Source: an uncultured delta proteobacterium (GTDB lineage: Bacteria; Myxococcota; Kuafuiibacteriia; Kuafuiibacteriales; Kuafuiibacteriaceae). From it: DNA of 64,000 bases. A model generated the notes under the pieces. That model did not search any database. It was not told the DNA's origin and saw nothing but the letters and a program-made list of their open reading frames with translations. Of the stretch, positions 32,508 to 41,279 are shown piece by piece; positions within the stretch are counted from its first letter, which is position 1; every line of letters begins with the position of its first letter. The stretch spans positions 704,001 to 768,000 of the forward strand of contig CAWDML010000001.1 of the NCBI GenBank assembly GCA_963803435.1. Direction: 5' to 3'. The position numbers were made by a program, and so were the translations under genes.

Positions 32508-34121
32508 ATGCTCGAGCTAATCGCTGCGCTGCTCCTGAGCGCGACGCCGTACGATCTCGTGCTCGCGGACGGACGGGTGGTCGATGGGACCGGCGCGCCT
32601 TGGTTTCGCGCCGACGTCGGCATCCGTGGTGATCGGATCGCGGCGATCGGAGATCTCGGCTCGGCCAAGACGAAGCGTCGCATCGACGTGGGCGGGATGG
32701 TGATCGCGCCCGGCTTCATCGACATGCTCAACCAGTCGGAGCTGGGGGTGCTGATCGACAACCGGCTCGAGTCATACGTGCGGCAAGGCTTCACCACGCT
32801 CGTTTGTGGCGAAGGCCGGTCGATCGCACCGCTGAACGAGGCCATGGTGCAGGACCTGGGACCGCTCCTGGATCGCTTTCAACTGAAGGTCGACTGGACG
32901 GATCTGAACGGCTTTCGACGCCGATTCGAGAAAAATCGTTCGGCCCTCAACTTCGCGCTGATCGTGGGCGCCACTTCGCTGCGCGAGTACGTGCTCGGCT
33001 CGGGGGACGTACAGCCGAACGCGCAGCAGCTCGAGCGCATGGTCCGGGAGGTGGAGCGCGCGATGGATCAGGGAGCGTTCGGAGTCTCGAGCGCACTGAT
33101 CTATCCCCCCTCGACGTACGCGCACACCGAGGAGCTGATCGCGCTCGCCGCCGCCGCCGCAAGAGAGGGGGGCTCATACTTCACGCACATGCGAAGCGAG
33201 GCGGACGAGATCATGCCGGCGCTCGAAGAGGCGATCCGCGTCGGTCGCGAGGCGAAGATACCGGTCGAGATCTGGCATCTCAAGGTCGCGGGCAAGAACA
33301 ACCACGGGCGGATGAAGGAGGTCGTCGCCCGGATCGAGCAAGCGCGACGCGAGGGGGTCGACGTCACCGCCGACGTCTATCCGTACACGGCGGCGATGAA
33401 CGGGCTCACCGCGAACATTCCGGCCTGGGCGCAGAACGGCGGCAACGCTGCGATGCTGCAGCGAATCGAGGATCCCGCGACACGGGCGCGCATCAAGGCA
33501 GAGCTCTGGAACGGCGGGCTGGGAAGAGAGACTCCCGACGGCATCCTGCTCGCCGTGAGCCCCGCTCCCGAGGTGCAGCGCTTCATGGGCAAGCGCCTCG
33601 ACAGCGTGGCCAAGGAGCTCGGCCGCACGCCCGAGGACGCGCTCCTCGATCTGGTGAAGATGAGCAAGGGTTGGATTGGCGTGGTCCGCTTCGTCATGGA
33701 CGAGAAGGATCTGGAGCTCGCGCTGCGACAGCGCTGGGTCTCCATCGGCACCGACGCCGGCGGTCGCGCGCTCGACGGACCGTTCGCCGGCGAGCGCGCT
33801 CACCCGCGCGCGTTCGGGACCGCGCCGCGCGTGCTGGGGCGCTACGTCCGCGAGCGGAGGCTGCTCGCAATGGAAGAGGCGGTCCGAAAGATGACGTCGC
33901 TCCCGGCGCGGCGCTTGCGAATGTGGGATCGCGGTCTGCTGAGGCCGGGCTTGTCAGCCGACATCGTGGTCTTCGATCCGGAGACCATCCGAGATTTGGC
34001 GACGTTCGACGAGCCCCTCCAGTACTCCGAGGGCGTTCGCGTCCTGATCGTGAACGGCCGCGTGGTCATGGAAGGCGGAAAGTTGACCGCCGAGCGTCCC
34101 GGACGGCTGCTTCGCCGATGA
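32508..34121 (+). CDS. N-acyl-D-amino-acid deacylase (D-aminoacylase) family amidohydrolase
   Basis: VVDGTGAP, APGFID, THMRSE, WHLK, DVYPY, HPRAFGT, RKMTSLPA, ADIVVFDP. Confidence 0.9.
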   Translation: MLELIAALLLSATPYDLVLADGRVVDGTGAPWFRADVGIRGDRIAAIGDLGSAKTKRRIDVGGMVIAPGFIDMLNQSELGVLIDNRLESYVRQGFTTLVCGEGRSIAPLNEAMVQDLGPLLDRFQLKVDWTDLNGFRRRFEKNRSALNFALIVGATSLREYVLGSGDVQPNAQQLERMVREVERAMDQGAFGVSSALIYPPSTYAHTEELIALAAAAAREGGSYFTHMRSEADEIMPALEEAIRVGREAKIPVEIWHLKVAGKNNHGRMKEVVARIEQARREGVDVTADVYPYTAAMNGLTANIPAWAQNGGNAAMLQRIEDPATRARIKAELWNGGLGRETPDGILLAVSPAPEVQRFMGKRLDSVAKELGRTPEDALLDLVKMSKGWIGVVRFVMDEKDLELALRQRWVSIGTDAGGRALDGPFAGERAHPRAFGTAPRVLGRYVRERRLLAMEEAVRKMTSLPARRLRMWDRGLLRPGLSADIVVFDPETIRDLATFDEPLQYSEGVRVLIVNGRVVMEGGKLTAERPGRLLRR

Positions 34122-34369
34122 GCTCGGGCTAGGATGAGGCCTCGTGGGCTTGACGATTCTCCTGCTCGCCCTCGCGTGGAGCGAACCGGCCGTGCGCGAG
34201 CCCGAGAGGCCCGAAGGGGCTCTCAGCTCAGGATCGTTGGTCCCGCCCTCGAGCCACACCTGACCGACCGGTGGCTCAGGCGGGCGGTGCGCCTCGTGAA
34301 GGGTAGGACACGATTGTTCGACCGGTCGACGGATGACCGCTCGGCCCGAACTGCGGTCTGGTCTGGGCG

Positions 34370-37324
34370 ATGGGGACGAGGATCGACGTGAAGCGGGCGA
34401 TCGGGGCGCTGCTGCTGGTCGGGCTGGGGATCGACTGCGACTGCGGTGACGGTGGGCTCGGGGTGCTGACCCCCGACATCGAGGCGTCGCCGTCTCCGCT
34501 CTCGTTCGGCGTCGCCTATGTCGGGATCGGCGCCACGCGGCCGCTCGCGATCGAGAACCGGGGCGGTGCGCCGCTGAAGGTGGACGGCCTCCGGGTGGCG
34601 GAGGGGACGCATCCGGGCGTCGCCGTCCAGACCGAGTCCTTCACGCTCGGTCCCGGAGAAGAGCACGCCGTTTTGGTCACCTTCGTGCCGGAGGCCGTGG
34701 GCCCGGCGTACGGGAGCATCCTGATCGACTCCGACGATCCCGACGAGCCTACGCTCGAGGTTCCGATCGAGGGGAGCGGCGAGCGGCGACCCGGTCCGGT
34801 GATCTCGGTCTGCGTGGGCGGTGCAAACCTCACCGAGCGCTGCGTCCTTCCGCTGCGCATCGACTTCGGTCAGGTGCCCTTCGGCCAGACGCGCGAGGCG
34901 ACCGTGACCATCGCCAGCGTGGGGACCGAGAGCCTCGAGCTCCTCTCCGCTGCGTTCGAGATGGGCGCGCATCCTTCGATCACGATCGATCCCCAGGGGC
35001 TCTCCGGAACGATCCCCGTGAACGACTCTCGGATCATCACCGTCCGCTTCTCCCCCACGGTGCCGGAGGAGGTGACCGCGGTCCTGCAGATCACGTCCGA
35101 CGATCCGGAGCGCTCCTTCGTCCCGGTGATCATCACCGGCAGCGGCATTGCGCCGACGTTGTGTCTCTCCGAGCAGGTGCTCGACTTCGGACGGGTCGCG
35201 ATCGGCGACTTCGCCGAGCGAACCGTCAACCTGGAGAGTTGCGGCGAGGTCGCGTTCGACATCACCGCCCTGGAGATCGTGAGCTCCACCGAGTTCTCCA
35301 TCCAGACCGCGCCCGCGCTCCCGAGCATGCTGGCGCCGGGCGACACCGCCGACGTGACCCTCCGCTACGCTCCGGTCGACGCCGGGCGCGACATGGATCA
35401 GATGCGGATCCGCTCCACGGTTCCCGACGGCTTCGTGTCGTTGATCGGTGAGGCGGCTGCCTGCGATCTGGTGGTGACGCCGAACCCGGTGAGCTTCAAC
35501 GCGGTGGCCTCCGGAGCCTCGAGAACGCGGACGGCGCTCCTCGAGAACTCGGGGGGCATCGATTGCACGATCAGCGACATCCAGCTGGGCGCAGGCACGA
35601 CCAGCGAGTTCCGGATCTCCTCGGCGCCCCAGCTGCCGGCGATCCTGTTGCCCGGGAACGCGCTCACCGTCGACGTGGACTACACTCCCGCCGACGCCGG
35701 ATCCGACATGGGAACGCTGGAGATCGCGAGCGACGATCCGACGGAGCCGAGCACGATCGTACAGCTCAGCGGCAGGCGGCTCGGCATCGGGGAGTGCGCG
35801 CTCGACATCACGCCCGATCCGATCACGTACGGTCTGGTGCCCCTGGGGAGCTCGGCCACCATGCAGGTGGCGGTGCAGAACGTGGGCACCAACCTCTGCA
35901 CGCTCTCGCAGCTCCGGCTGTCTCTCTCATCATCCCGTGACTTCTCCATGGTACCGCCGTCCTTCCCGATCCTGATCCCTGGAGGACAATCGAGGAGCTA
36001 CCCGATCGTCTACACGCCTCGCACAGCCGCTCCCCAGACGGGCGAGCTCGACATCTTCACGGGGCTCATTCCGCTCAACCCGGACTACCTGGTGCCGATC
36101 AGCGGTGCCGGCTCGGGGCCGGAGCTCTGCGTCACGCCGGATCCTCTGGTGTTCGGCACGCACACGATCGGACTGCCCATCACGCGCCAGCTCCAGATGT
36201 CGGCGTGCGGGACCGAGAACGTGGTGGTCTCGGCGCTCGCCTTCCCGCCCCCCACCTCCGCGGAATACTCGCTCCCGTCTTCGCCGTCGCTGCCCTTCAC
36301 CCTCACCACCGGCACGCAGCGGAACCTCGACGTGGGCTACACCGGCGTCGACATGGGTCGCGATGACGGCCTGCTCCGGATCACCTCAAATGACGCGATC
36401 GAGCCGTCTCAGGACGTCCAGCTCATTGCCCACAGCAGCAACGCGCCGTGCGGCGACCTGCAGGGCAGGCTCTGCGGCCTCGACGGCGCCGGGCCGGTGT
36501 CCGGTGGCACGGTCTACGTGGACACGCCGGCGGGACGGGTGCAGGCCACCACGAACACCCAAGGCGACTGGGTCCTGACCTGCGTACCGGCGGGCACCTG
36601 GCAGGTCGTGGCGGAGCAAGGATCCTGGAGCACCCGCTTCACGGCGAACGTGCAGCCGGGCTCGCTCACCACCATCCCCGGGCAACAGTGCCTCGACCCG
36701 AGCAGCGCGTCGGTCGCGGTCGTCTGGGGCGAGTGGGATCAGATGGAGGGGGTCCTGGACGCGATTGGCATCCCGTACACCTTCTATCAGGAGGTCGACG
36801 AAGCGGCGCTGATCAACGACCCGGCCGAGCTCGCCCGGTACGACATCGTCTTCCTCAACTGCGGCTGGAACGAGCTGCTCGCCCTCGGCAATCCGGGGCT
36901 GACCAACATCATCGACTTCGTCGACAACGGAGGCTCCATCTACGCCTCGGACTGGGCGTACGACGTGGTGGAGGTGGGATGGCCGTCGTACGTGGACTTC
37001 GTGGGGGACGACAACGTGCGGGACGCCGCCCAGAACGCGGGCCATTTCTCGGGTCTGGTCGACGTGGTGGAGCCGGGGCTGATCAACGCGCTCGGTGGAC
37101 GGACCTGGGTCCCGATCGAGAGCTGCTGCACCGCGATGCTCTCGACCGGTCCGAACACCACGGTCTACCTCCAGGGAGACCGCTTGAACGACGGCGGGAC
37201 GCACCCGTTCATGGTCGGGTTCCAGCCGGGGCCGACCGCCGGCCGCGTCATCTACACCGACTTCCACAACAGCGGGCAGCCGGACATCGACACCGTCTTC
37301 AACTGGCTGATCCTCCAGCTCTGA
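34370..37324 (+). CDS. Large Cys-rich surface lipoprotein with ~5 choice-of-anchor-D (ASH/Ig-like) repeats, a carboxypeptidase-regulatory-like domain and a GATase-like C-terminal domain
   Basis: Signal ending DCDCG; repeats of P.(L/I).FG.V...I.N.G...L.I.S(D/N)D; C-terminal YDIVFLNCG...FVDNGGSIYASDWAY...GRVIYTDFH. Confidence 0.8.
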   Translation: MGTRIDVKRAIGALLLVGLGIDCDCGDGGLGVLTPDIEASPSPLSFGVAYVGIGATRPLAIENRGGAPLKVDGLRVAEGTHPGVAVQTESFTLGPGEEHAVLVTFVPEAVGPAYGSILIDSDDPDEPTLEVPIEGSGERRPGPVISVCVGGANLTERCVLPLRIDFGQVPFGQTREATVTIASVGTESLELLSAAFEMGAHPSITIDPQGLSGTIPVNDSRIITVRFSPTVPEEVTAVLQITSDDPERSFVPVIITGSGIAPTLCLSEQVLDFGRVAIGDFAERTVNLESCGEVAFDITALEIVSSTEFSIQTAPALPSMLAPGDTADVTLRYAPVDAGRDMDQMRIRSTVPDGFVSLIGEAAACDLVVTPNPVSFNAVASGASRTRTALLENSGGIDCTISDIQLGAGTTSEFRISSAPQLPAILLPGNALTVDVDYTPADAGSDMGTLEIASDDPTEPSTIVQLSGRRLGIGECALDITPDPITYGLVPLGSSATMQVAVQNVGTNLCTLSQLRLSLSSSRDFSMVPPSFPILIPGGQSRSYPIVYTPRTAAPQTGELDIFTGLIPLNPDYLVPISGAGSGPELCVTPDPLVFGTHTIGLPITRQLQMSACGTENVVVSALAFPPPTSAEYSLPSSPSLPFTLTTGTQRNLDVGYTGVDMGRDDGLLRITSNDAIEPSQDVQLIAHSSNAPCGDLQGRLCGLDGAGPVSGGTVYVDTPAGRVQATTNTQGDWVLTCVPAGTWQVVAEQGSWSTRFTANVQPGSLTTIPGQQCLDPSSASVAVVWGEWDQMEGVLDAIGIPYTFYQEVDEAALINDPAELARYDIVFLNCGWNELLALGNPGLTNIIDFVDNGGSIYASDWAYDVVEVGWPSYVDFVGDDNVRDAAQNAGHFSGLVDVVEPGLINALGGRTWVPIESCCTAMLSTGPNTTVYLQGDRLNDGGTHPFMVGFQPGPTAGRVIYTDFHNSGQPDIDTVFNWLILQL

Positions 37325-37329
37325 TCGAC

Positions 37330-38025
37330 TCATCCGACCCGCGCTCGCGGCGGGAGCTGGTAGTCGATCGGATAGGCCGAGGCGTCCTGCAGCTCCTGTC
37401 CGAGGAGCATCAGGTTGCGGCTCGTGGAGATGAACCCGTGGAGGATGGGTCGATACTGGGTCGAGAGGTACGTGGTCCCACAGGCCGAAGCCTTGGCGCC
37501 GTGCCCGGTCTGCAGCCCGTGCACCTCGAAGAACCGGATCACGCAGAGCTGCTCATGCGCGCGGCAGAGCACGTTCATCCGGCTGCTCGTGAGGGCGGCC
37601 CCCTCCTCCGAGGCCATCAGGGACCCGAGATATGCGTAGGGCCCGAGGGTCGAGATCGAGAGCCGCGCCTCCGCCGCGACGTTGGCGGTGGTCGGGAGCG
37701 GAAGCGTCCGCCTGCACGCTTCGGCCTGGTAGCCGAGCGCGGCCAGATCGGCGAGCGCCATCTCTTCGTGACCGGCTTCCTCTTCCTCGAGATCGTCCAG
37801 CAAGCGGCGATAACGGCCGTGCGATGGGTCCCCCGCCGAGAGGGTCGCGCGCGCGAGCACGATGTTCGAGACCGTGTGTCGAACATAGTGGTACATCTGC
37901 AGCAGGACCATGGCGACGGTCTCGGGAGCGAGTCGGTCGGCCCTCAACCGCGCGCTCCAGAAGCGCTCGGCTCGCGCGAGCAGGCGATGAGTATCGAGCC
38001 GAAAGCGCTGTCCCGGATCCATCAT
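37330..38025 (-). CDS. Heme-oxygenase-like diiron oxidase (iron-containing redox enzyme, PqqC/CADD-like fold)
   Basis: LLQMYHYV, EEEAGHEEMALADL, YLGSLMASEEG, RFFEVHG give the E/H ligand pattern; start MMDPG at 38025 (the track ORF's longer N-terminus is a shadow of the GH3 gene). Confidence 0.7.
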   Translation of the reverse strand: MMDPGQRFRLDTHRLLARAERFWSARLRADRLAPETVAMVLLQMYHYVRHTVSNIVLARATLSAGDPSHGRYRRLLDDLEEEEAGHEEMALADLAALGYQAEACRRTLPLPTTANVAAEARLSISTLGPYAYLGSLMASEEGAALTSSRMNVLCRAHEQLCVIRFFEVHGLQTGHGAKASACGTTYLSTQYRPILHGFISTSRNLMLLGQELQDASAYPIDYQLPPRARVG

Positions 38026-38068
38026 GTGCTCGGGATCGGTGATACGTACCACGGGCCAGGTCGCGGCG

Positions 38069-39511
38069 TCACTGGATTGGGAGAAGGGGCTCCGGGCCCG
38101 GAAGCGTGCGCTCCAGGTGGCGCAGCTTGATCTGCGACAAAGGCGCCGGGCTGCCCTCCATGAGTCGATCGAACCGATCGCGCTGGACGACCACGACCGA
38201 GGCGCGATCCAGCCGGAGCATGAATCGCCGCGTGGCGTACTCCACGTTCGTCTCACGCAGCCGCTCGTCGATGCATCGAGCCAGGGCTTCGGTATCTCCG
38301 TCCGGCGCGAGCAGCTCGAAGCGATAGCGAGGCCTCGAATCGGGCGGCCACTCGATCCGGGCCACGAAGTCGCCGATCGAGCAGCCGAGGGTACGCTGCG
38401 CGTGGAGCACGGCATCCACCACCTGGGACTCGGTGACCTTCTCGCCGGCGATCGACACGACGGCTCCCGTGCGGTGGACGAACCGCAAGAGCGGCAGGCG
38501 CTGATAATGGCCGACGACCTCGAGCAGATCCTCGGTGTCGTACCGGTGCAGCCCCCACGCCGTCGTGACGACCAGCCGATACGCGCGCCCCAGCTCGGCG
38601 GCTTCCAGCTCGACGAGCCGGTCCCCGTCGTAGAGCTCGAAGATGAACTGGTGGGCCGCGGGGAGCGCACCGGGGCCGATCGTGGCGATGTGGGGAGCAA
38701 AGTACCCCTCGGAGGCACCGTAGCCGATGTCGCAGACGGGAAGGTTCTCGGTGAGCTGCCCGAGCTGGGGCAGATAGAGCGACGAGGAGCTCGCGGTCCA
38801 GCAGCCGATGAGCGCCAGCCCAGGCCACGCCTCGCGGGGCGTGAGGCGATGGACCTCGCGCAGCCGCTCGAAGAAATAGATGAGGATGCTCGGATTTGGA
38901 GTCGCGATGACGGCGAGCTCCTCACCGAGCGTCAGCTCGAGCAGTCGATCGGTGCGCGCCGTGAAAGGGCTGGTCTGATGGATCTCCTGCGTCACGGTCA
39001 GCAGCCGACCCCCGAACGCGCGCGGTGAGACGAGGCCGTTGATCGAGCCGACCGGGTGGCCTCCCTTGGTCCGGCTATGGGCCACCGGGGAGGTGGTCAC
39101 GAAGATCTTCCCCCGCGGAACACGGTGGTGTTCGATCGCACCGGCCAGCCACTGAAGATGGGACTCGGCGAGCATGCGCCGGAAGGCCCGAGTGACCGGG
39201 ATGAGCCGCGGAGTCAACTCGGAGCCGCTCGTCCGGGTGAACATCTCGATCGGCGCCTTCACGAGTGGGTTGGGCTCGCCGTCGGCGGACCTGTCGATCC
39301 AGGGCCGGAGCTCTTCATGGCGACGGACCGGAACGGCGGCCCGGTAGTCGTCCAGGGTCATTCGACGGTCGAGGCCGTGATCGCTCGCGAACTCAGTATT
39401 TTGGCTCTCGGAGAGTACAAATCGGAGCATGTCCCGGCGGGCTCTGGCAGGATCGCCGGCGGCGCGGTACCAACTCCAGGACAGGGCGGGAGGATTTGCA
39501 GGGCCGCCCAT
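38069..39511 (-). CDS. GH3 family (acyl-acid amido synthetase-like) adenylating enzyme
   Basis: FTRTSGS..RLIP, YGASEG, LVVTT.WGLHRYDTED, SIAGEKVTE, NVEYATRR. Confidence 0.85.
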   Translation of the reverse strand: MGGPANPPALSWSWYRAAGDPARARRDMLRFVLSESQNTEFASDHGLDRRMTLDDYRAAVPVRRHEELRPWIDRSADGEPNPLVKAPIEMFTRTSGSELTPRLIPVTRAFRRMLAESHLQWLAGAIEHHRVPRGKIFVTTSPVAHSRTKGGHPVGSINGLVSPRAFGGRLLTVTQEIHQTSPFTARTDRLLELTLGEELAVIATPNPSILIYFFERLREVHRLTPREAWPGLALIGCWTASSSSLYLPQLGQLTENLPVCDIGYGASEGYFAPHIATIGPGALPAAHQFIFELYDGDRLVELEAAELGRAYRLVVTTAWGLHRYDTEDLLEVVGHYQRLPLLRFVHRTGAVVSIAGEKVTESQVVDAVLHAQRTLGCSIGDFVARIEWPPDSRPRYRFELLAPDGDTEALARCIDERLRETNVEYATRRFMLRLDRASVVVVQRDRFDRLMEGSPAPLSQIKLRHLERTLPGPEPLLPIQ

Positions 39512-39537
39512 CGGCGTTACTCTAACCCGCGGTTTCT

Positions 39538-40461
39538 ATGCGGAGGCGTGAGTTTATCCTGGGAAGTGCGGCTGGGGCGGCGAGCGCCTGCGCCACGACA
39601 CCTTCGAGGGGAGGGGCGGCTCCCGACTTCGATCTCGACGCCCATCTCGCGAACCTGGATGGAGGATTGGCCGCCGTCGGCAACCCATTCACCCCGCTTC
39701 TCACGCGCGAGCTCGGGCGTCCCCATCGGCTGGAGGGCGCCCCCCGGCGGCTGATTCAGCAGTCGTTGAGATCGCTCTTGCTGACCGGGGCCTATCGCGA
39801 CGTCCCGAGGGAGCTCCAGCGCGATCCTCGCCTGACGAGCCGGATCGAGGCCGGGCTGCAAGACATGGACGACGCCGTGCTCGGCGTGACCCGCCTGATG
39901 GAGGACACGTCGCGGCGACAGCGATCGCTGATCGGTGGGTTCCTCCAGCAGAGACCGGATCTCGCCGCGTGCTTTGCCGAGATCGTGGCCGACGAGGCAC
40001 GCGCGGTCGGAGTCTCGCCCGCGCGCCGGCTCCAGCTGCGATCGATGTCGACGCAGGTGACATGGCGGATGACGCGGCAGCCCGTCTCGCTGCTCTTCAA
40101 TCAGTGCTGCGACGCGGTGAACAAGGTCGCGGAGACGTCTTCGAAGGCTCCTCCTGTGGGGTCGGCCGAGGAGGAGGCCGGCCGACAGCCGCTCCCGCCC
40201 GGGGAAGGAGCGGTCCGCACCGGCGCCGTCATGCTGGGCATCGCCGGGGTCCACGGGGTCGCGACGGTGATCGGCTTCGCAACGAGGAGTGCGAGCTTCG
40301 GCGCGATCGCGGGAACGACCGGCGCCGTGGCCCTCCTGGCGGGCCTCATTACCTTGATCACGGGGCTCACCCTCCGAAGCAACGCGGCCCCCGAGACGAC
40401 GTTCATCGATACGGCAGGCGGCGAGTGGAGCCGCATGCTGGAGCCCCCGGCGCAGGAGTGA
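39538..40461 (+). CDS. Hypothetical Tat-signal lipoprotein with C-terminal transmembrane hairpin
   Basis: MRRREFIL (Tat consensus RRxFL), ASAC lipobox, two hydrophobic helices near the C-terminus. Confidence 0.7.
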   Translation: MRRREFILGSAAGAASACATTPSRGGAAPDFDLDAHLANLDGGLAAVGNPFTPLLTRELGRPHRLEGAPRRLIQQSLRSLLLTGAYRDVPRELQRDPRLTSRIEAGLQDMDDAVLGVTRLMEDTSRRQRSLIGGFLQQRPDLAACFAEIVADEARAVGVSPARRLQLRSMSTQVTWRMTRQPVSLLFNQCCDAVNKVAETSSKAPPVGSAEEEAGRQPLPPGEGAVRTGAVMLGIAGVHGVATVIGFATRSASFGAIAGTTGAVALLAGLITLITGLTLRSNAAPETTFIDTAGGEWSRMLEPPAQE

Positions 40462-40728
40462 GCGCGAAGCGCTTCGCTCGTCTCGGGCGCGCATCCTCAC
40501 GGCTGTGAGCCCCTTGCCCGGGCGTCCTGGACGGCGTCGCGCCACGCCGGCTTGGGTCGGCCGTACGCGTCCCACTCGTGAGCGATGTCCTGAGAACTGC
40601 GAGCCGACCCGGGTCGCCCGGAGCGGAGAAGTCGGCCCTGTCGTCGAGGTTCGATCGGAGCAAGTCTCCTAGTGGAGGGGTCCGGCGCGGTCAATCGGCG
40701 GGCCGGCGCAGGGGCGACCGGGCGCCCG

Positions 40729-40757
40729 TTGACAAATCCGCGGGACGCTTCTAGCCG
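40729..40757 (+). promoter_or_regulatory. Sigma70-type promoter for the His-rich leader / TonB receptor operon
   Basis: Perfect TTGACA (40729-34), 17-nt spacer, imperfect TAGCCG (40752-57), in-frame GTG 7 nt later. Confidence 0.55.
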
Positions 40758-40764
40758 TACAGGG

Positions 40765-41199
40765 GTGGTGCGGGTGCGTGGCTTGCGCGGGCGCCGAGCG
40801 GGCGCCGCGCTTTGTGTCGCGGCGTGGGCGGCCGCGTTCCTCGTCGTCCCCGGCCTTCACCTCGTCCACCATCGGGATGACCACGTCCACCTCCCCGGCG
40901 GGCGCATCGTCTATCATCACCACCACCACGCCCACGCGTCGACCGCGCATCCTCACCCGCACGCGCGCCCGACCTGGACGCGCGATCCCTCGGGCGCTCC
41001 GGACGATCCCTTCACGCCCCCGTTCGCACACGGTCGCGGGGCGCTCGCCCATTTCGGCGCCACCATCCTCGGCGCGCATCCGATGGTGACACTGGCCGAG
41101 CCCCGGCCGCTCCCCGGCATCGCCCGCGCGACGCCGGAGGCGAGACCGCGGGGCCCACGGCGATCGCATCACCTCGCGCGGGCCCCTCCGAGCGCCTGA
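40765..41199 (+). CDS. His-rich leader protein ending in RAPP (DUF2946/CruR-like putative ribosome-arrest peptide)
   Basis: Basic N-terminus + hydrophobic helix, 19 His (YHHHHHAH, HPHPH, HGRGALAHF), C-terminal ARAPPSA*; directly upstream of a TonB-dependent receptor. Confidence 0.75.
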   Translation: MVRVRGLRGRRAGAALCVAAWAAAFLVVPGLHLVHHRDDHVHLPGGRIVYHHHHHAHASTAHPHPHARPTWTRDPSGAPDDPFTPPFAHGRGALAHFGATILGAHPMVTLAEPRPLPGIARATPEARPRGPRRSHHLARAPPSA

Positions 41200-41273
41200 C
41201 CGCCTCTTTGCCCTCAGCCTAGAGCCGATCGCTTCGGTCGCCGGCGACGTCCGGCGATGCGGAGGCGCGGAGG
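41185..41273 (+). promoter_or_regulatory. Putative SD-sequestering RNA structure
   Basis: CCTCCG-AG-CGCCT (41185-41197) pairs with AGGCG-CGGAGG (41263-41273, containing SD GGAGG); inner perfect hairpin TCGCCGG/CCGGCGA (41238-41257). Confidence 0.6.
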
Positions 41274-41279
41274 TGCATC

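Noticed and set aside
34144-34263. 39-aa signal-peptide-like ORF (VGLTILLLALAWSEP...) and GAGAGGCCC-GAA-GGGGCTCTC hairpin
   Set aside because: Too short to support; may be a gene remnant; the hairpin is imperfect and has no U-tract
40462-41279. Cobalamin or other riboswitch upstream of the TonB receptor
   Set aside because: No B12-box or other recognisable conserved riboswitch elements; the space is explained by a promoter and the leader ORF
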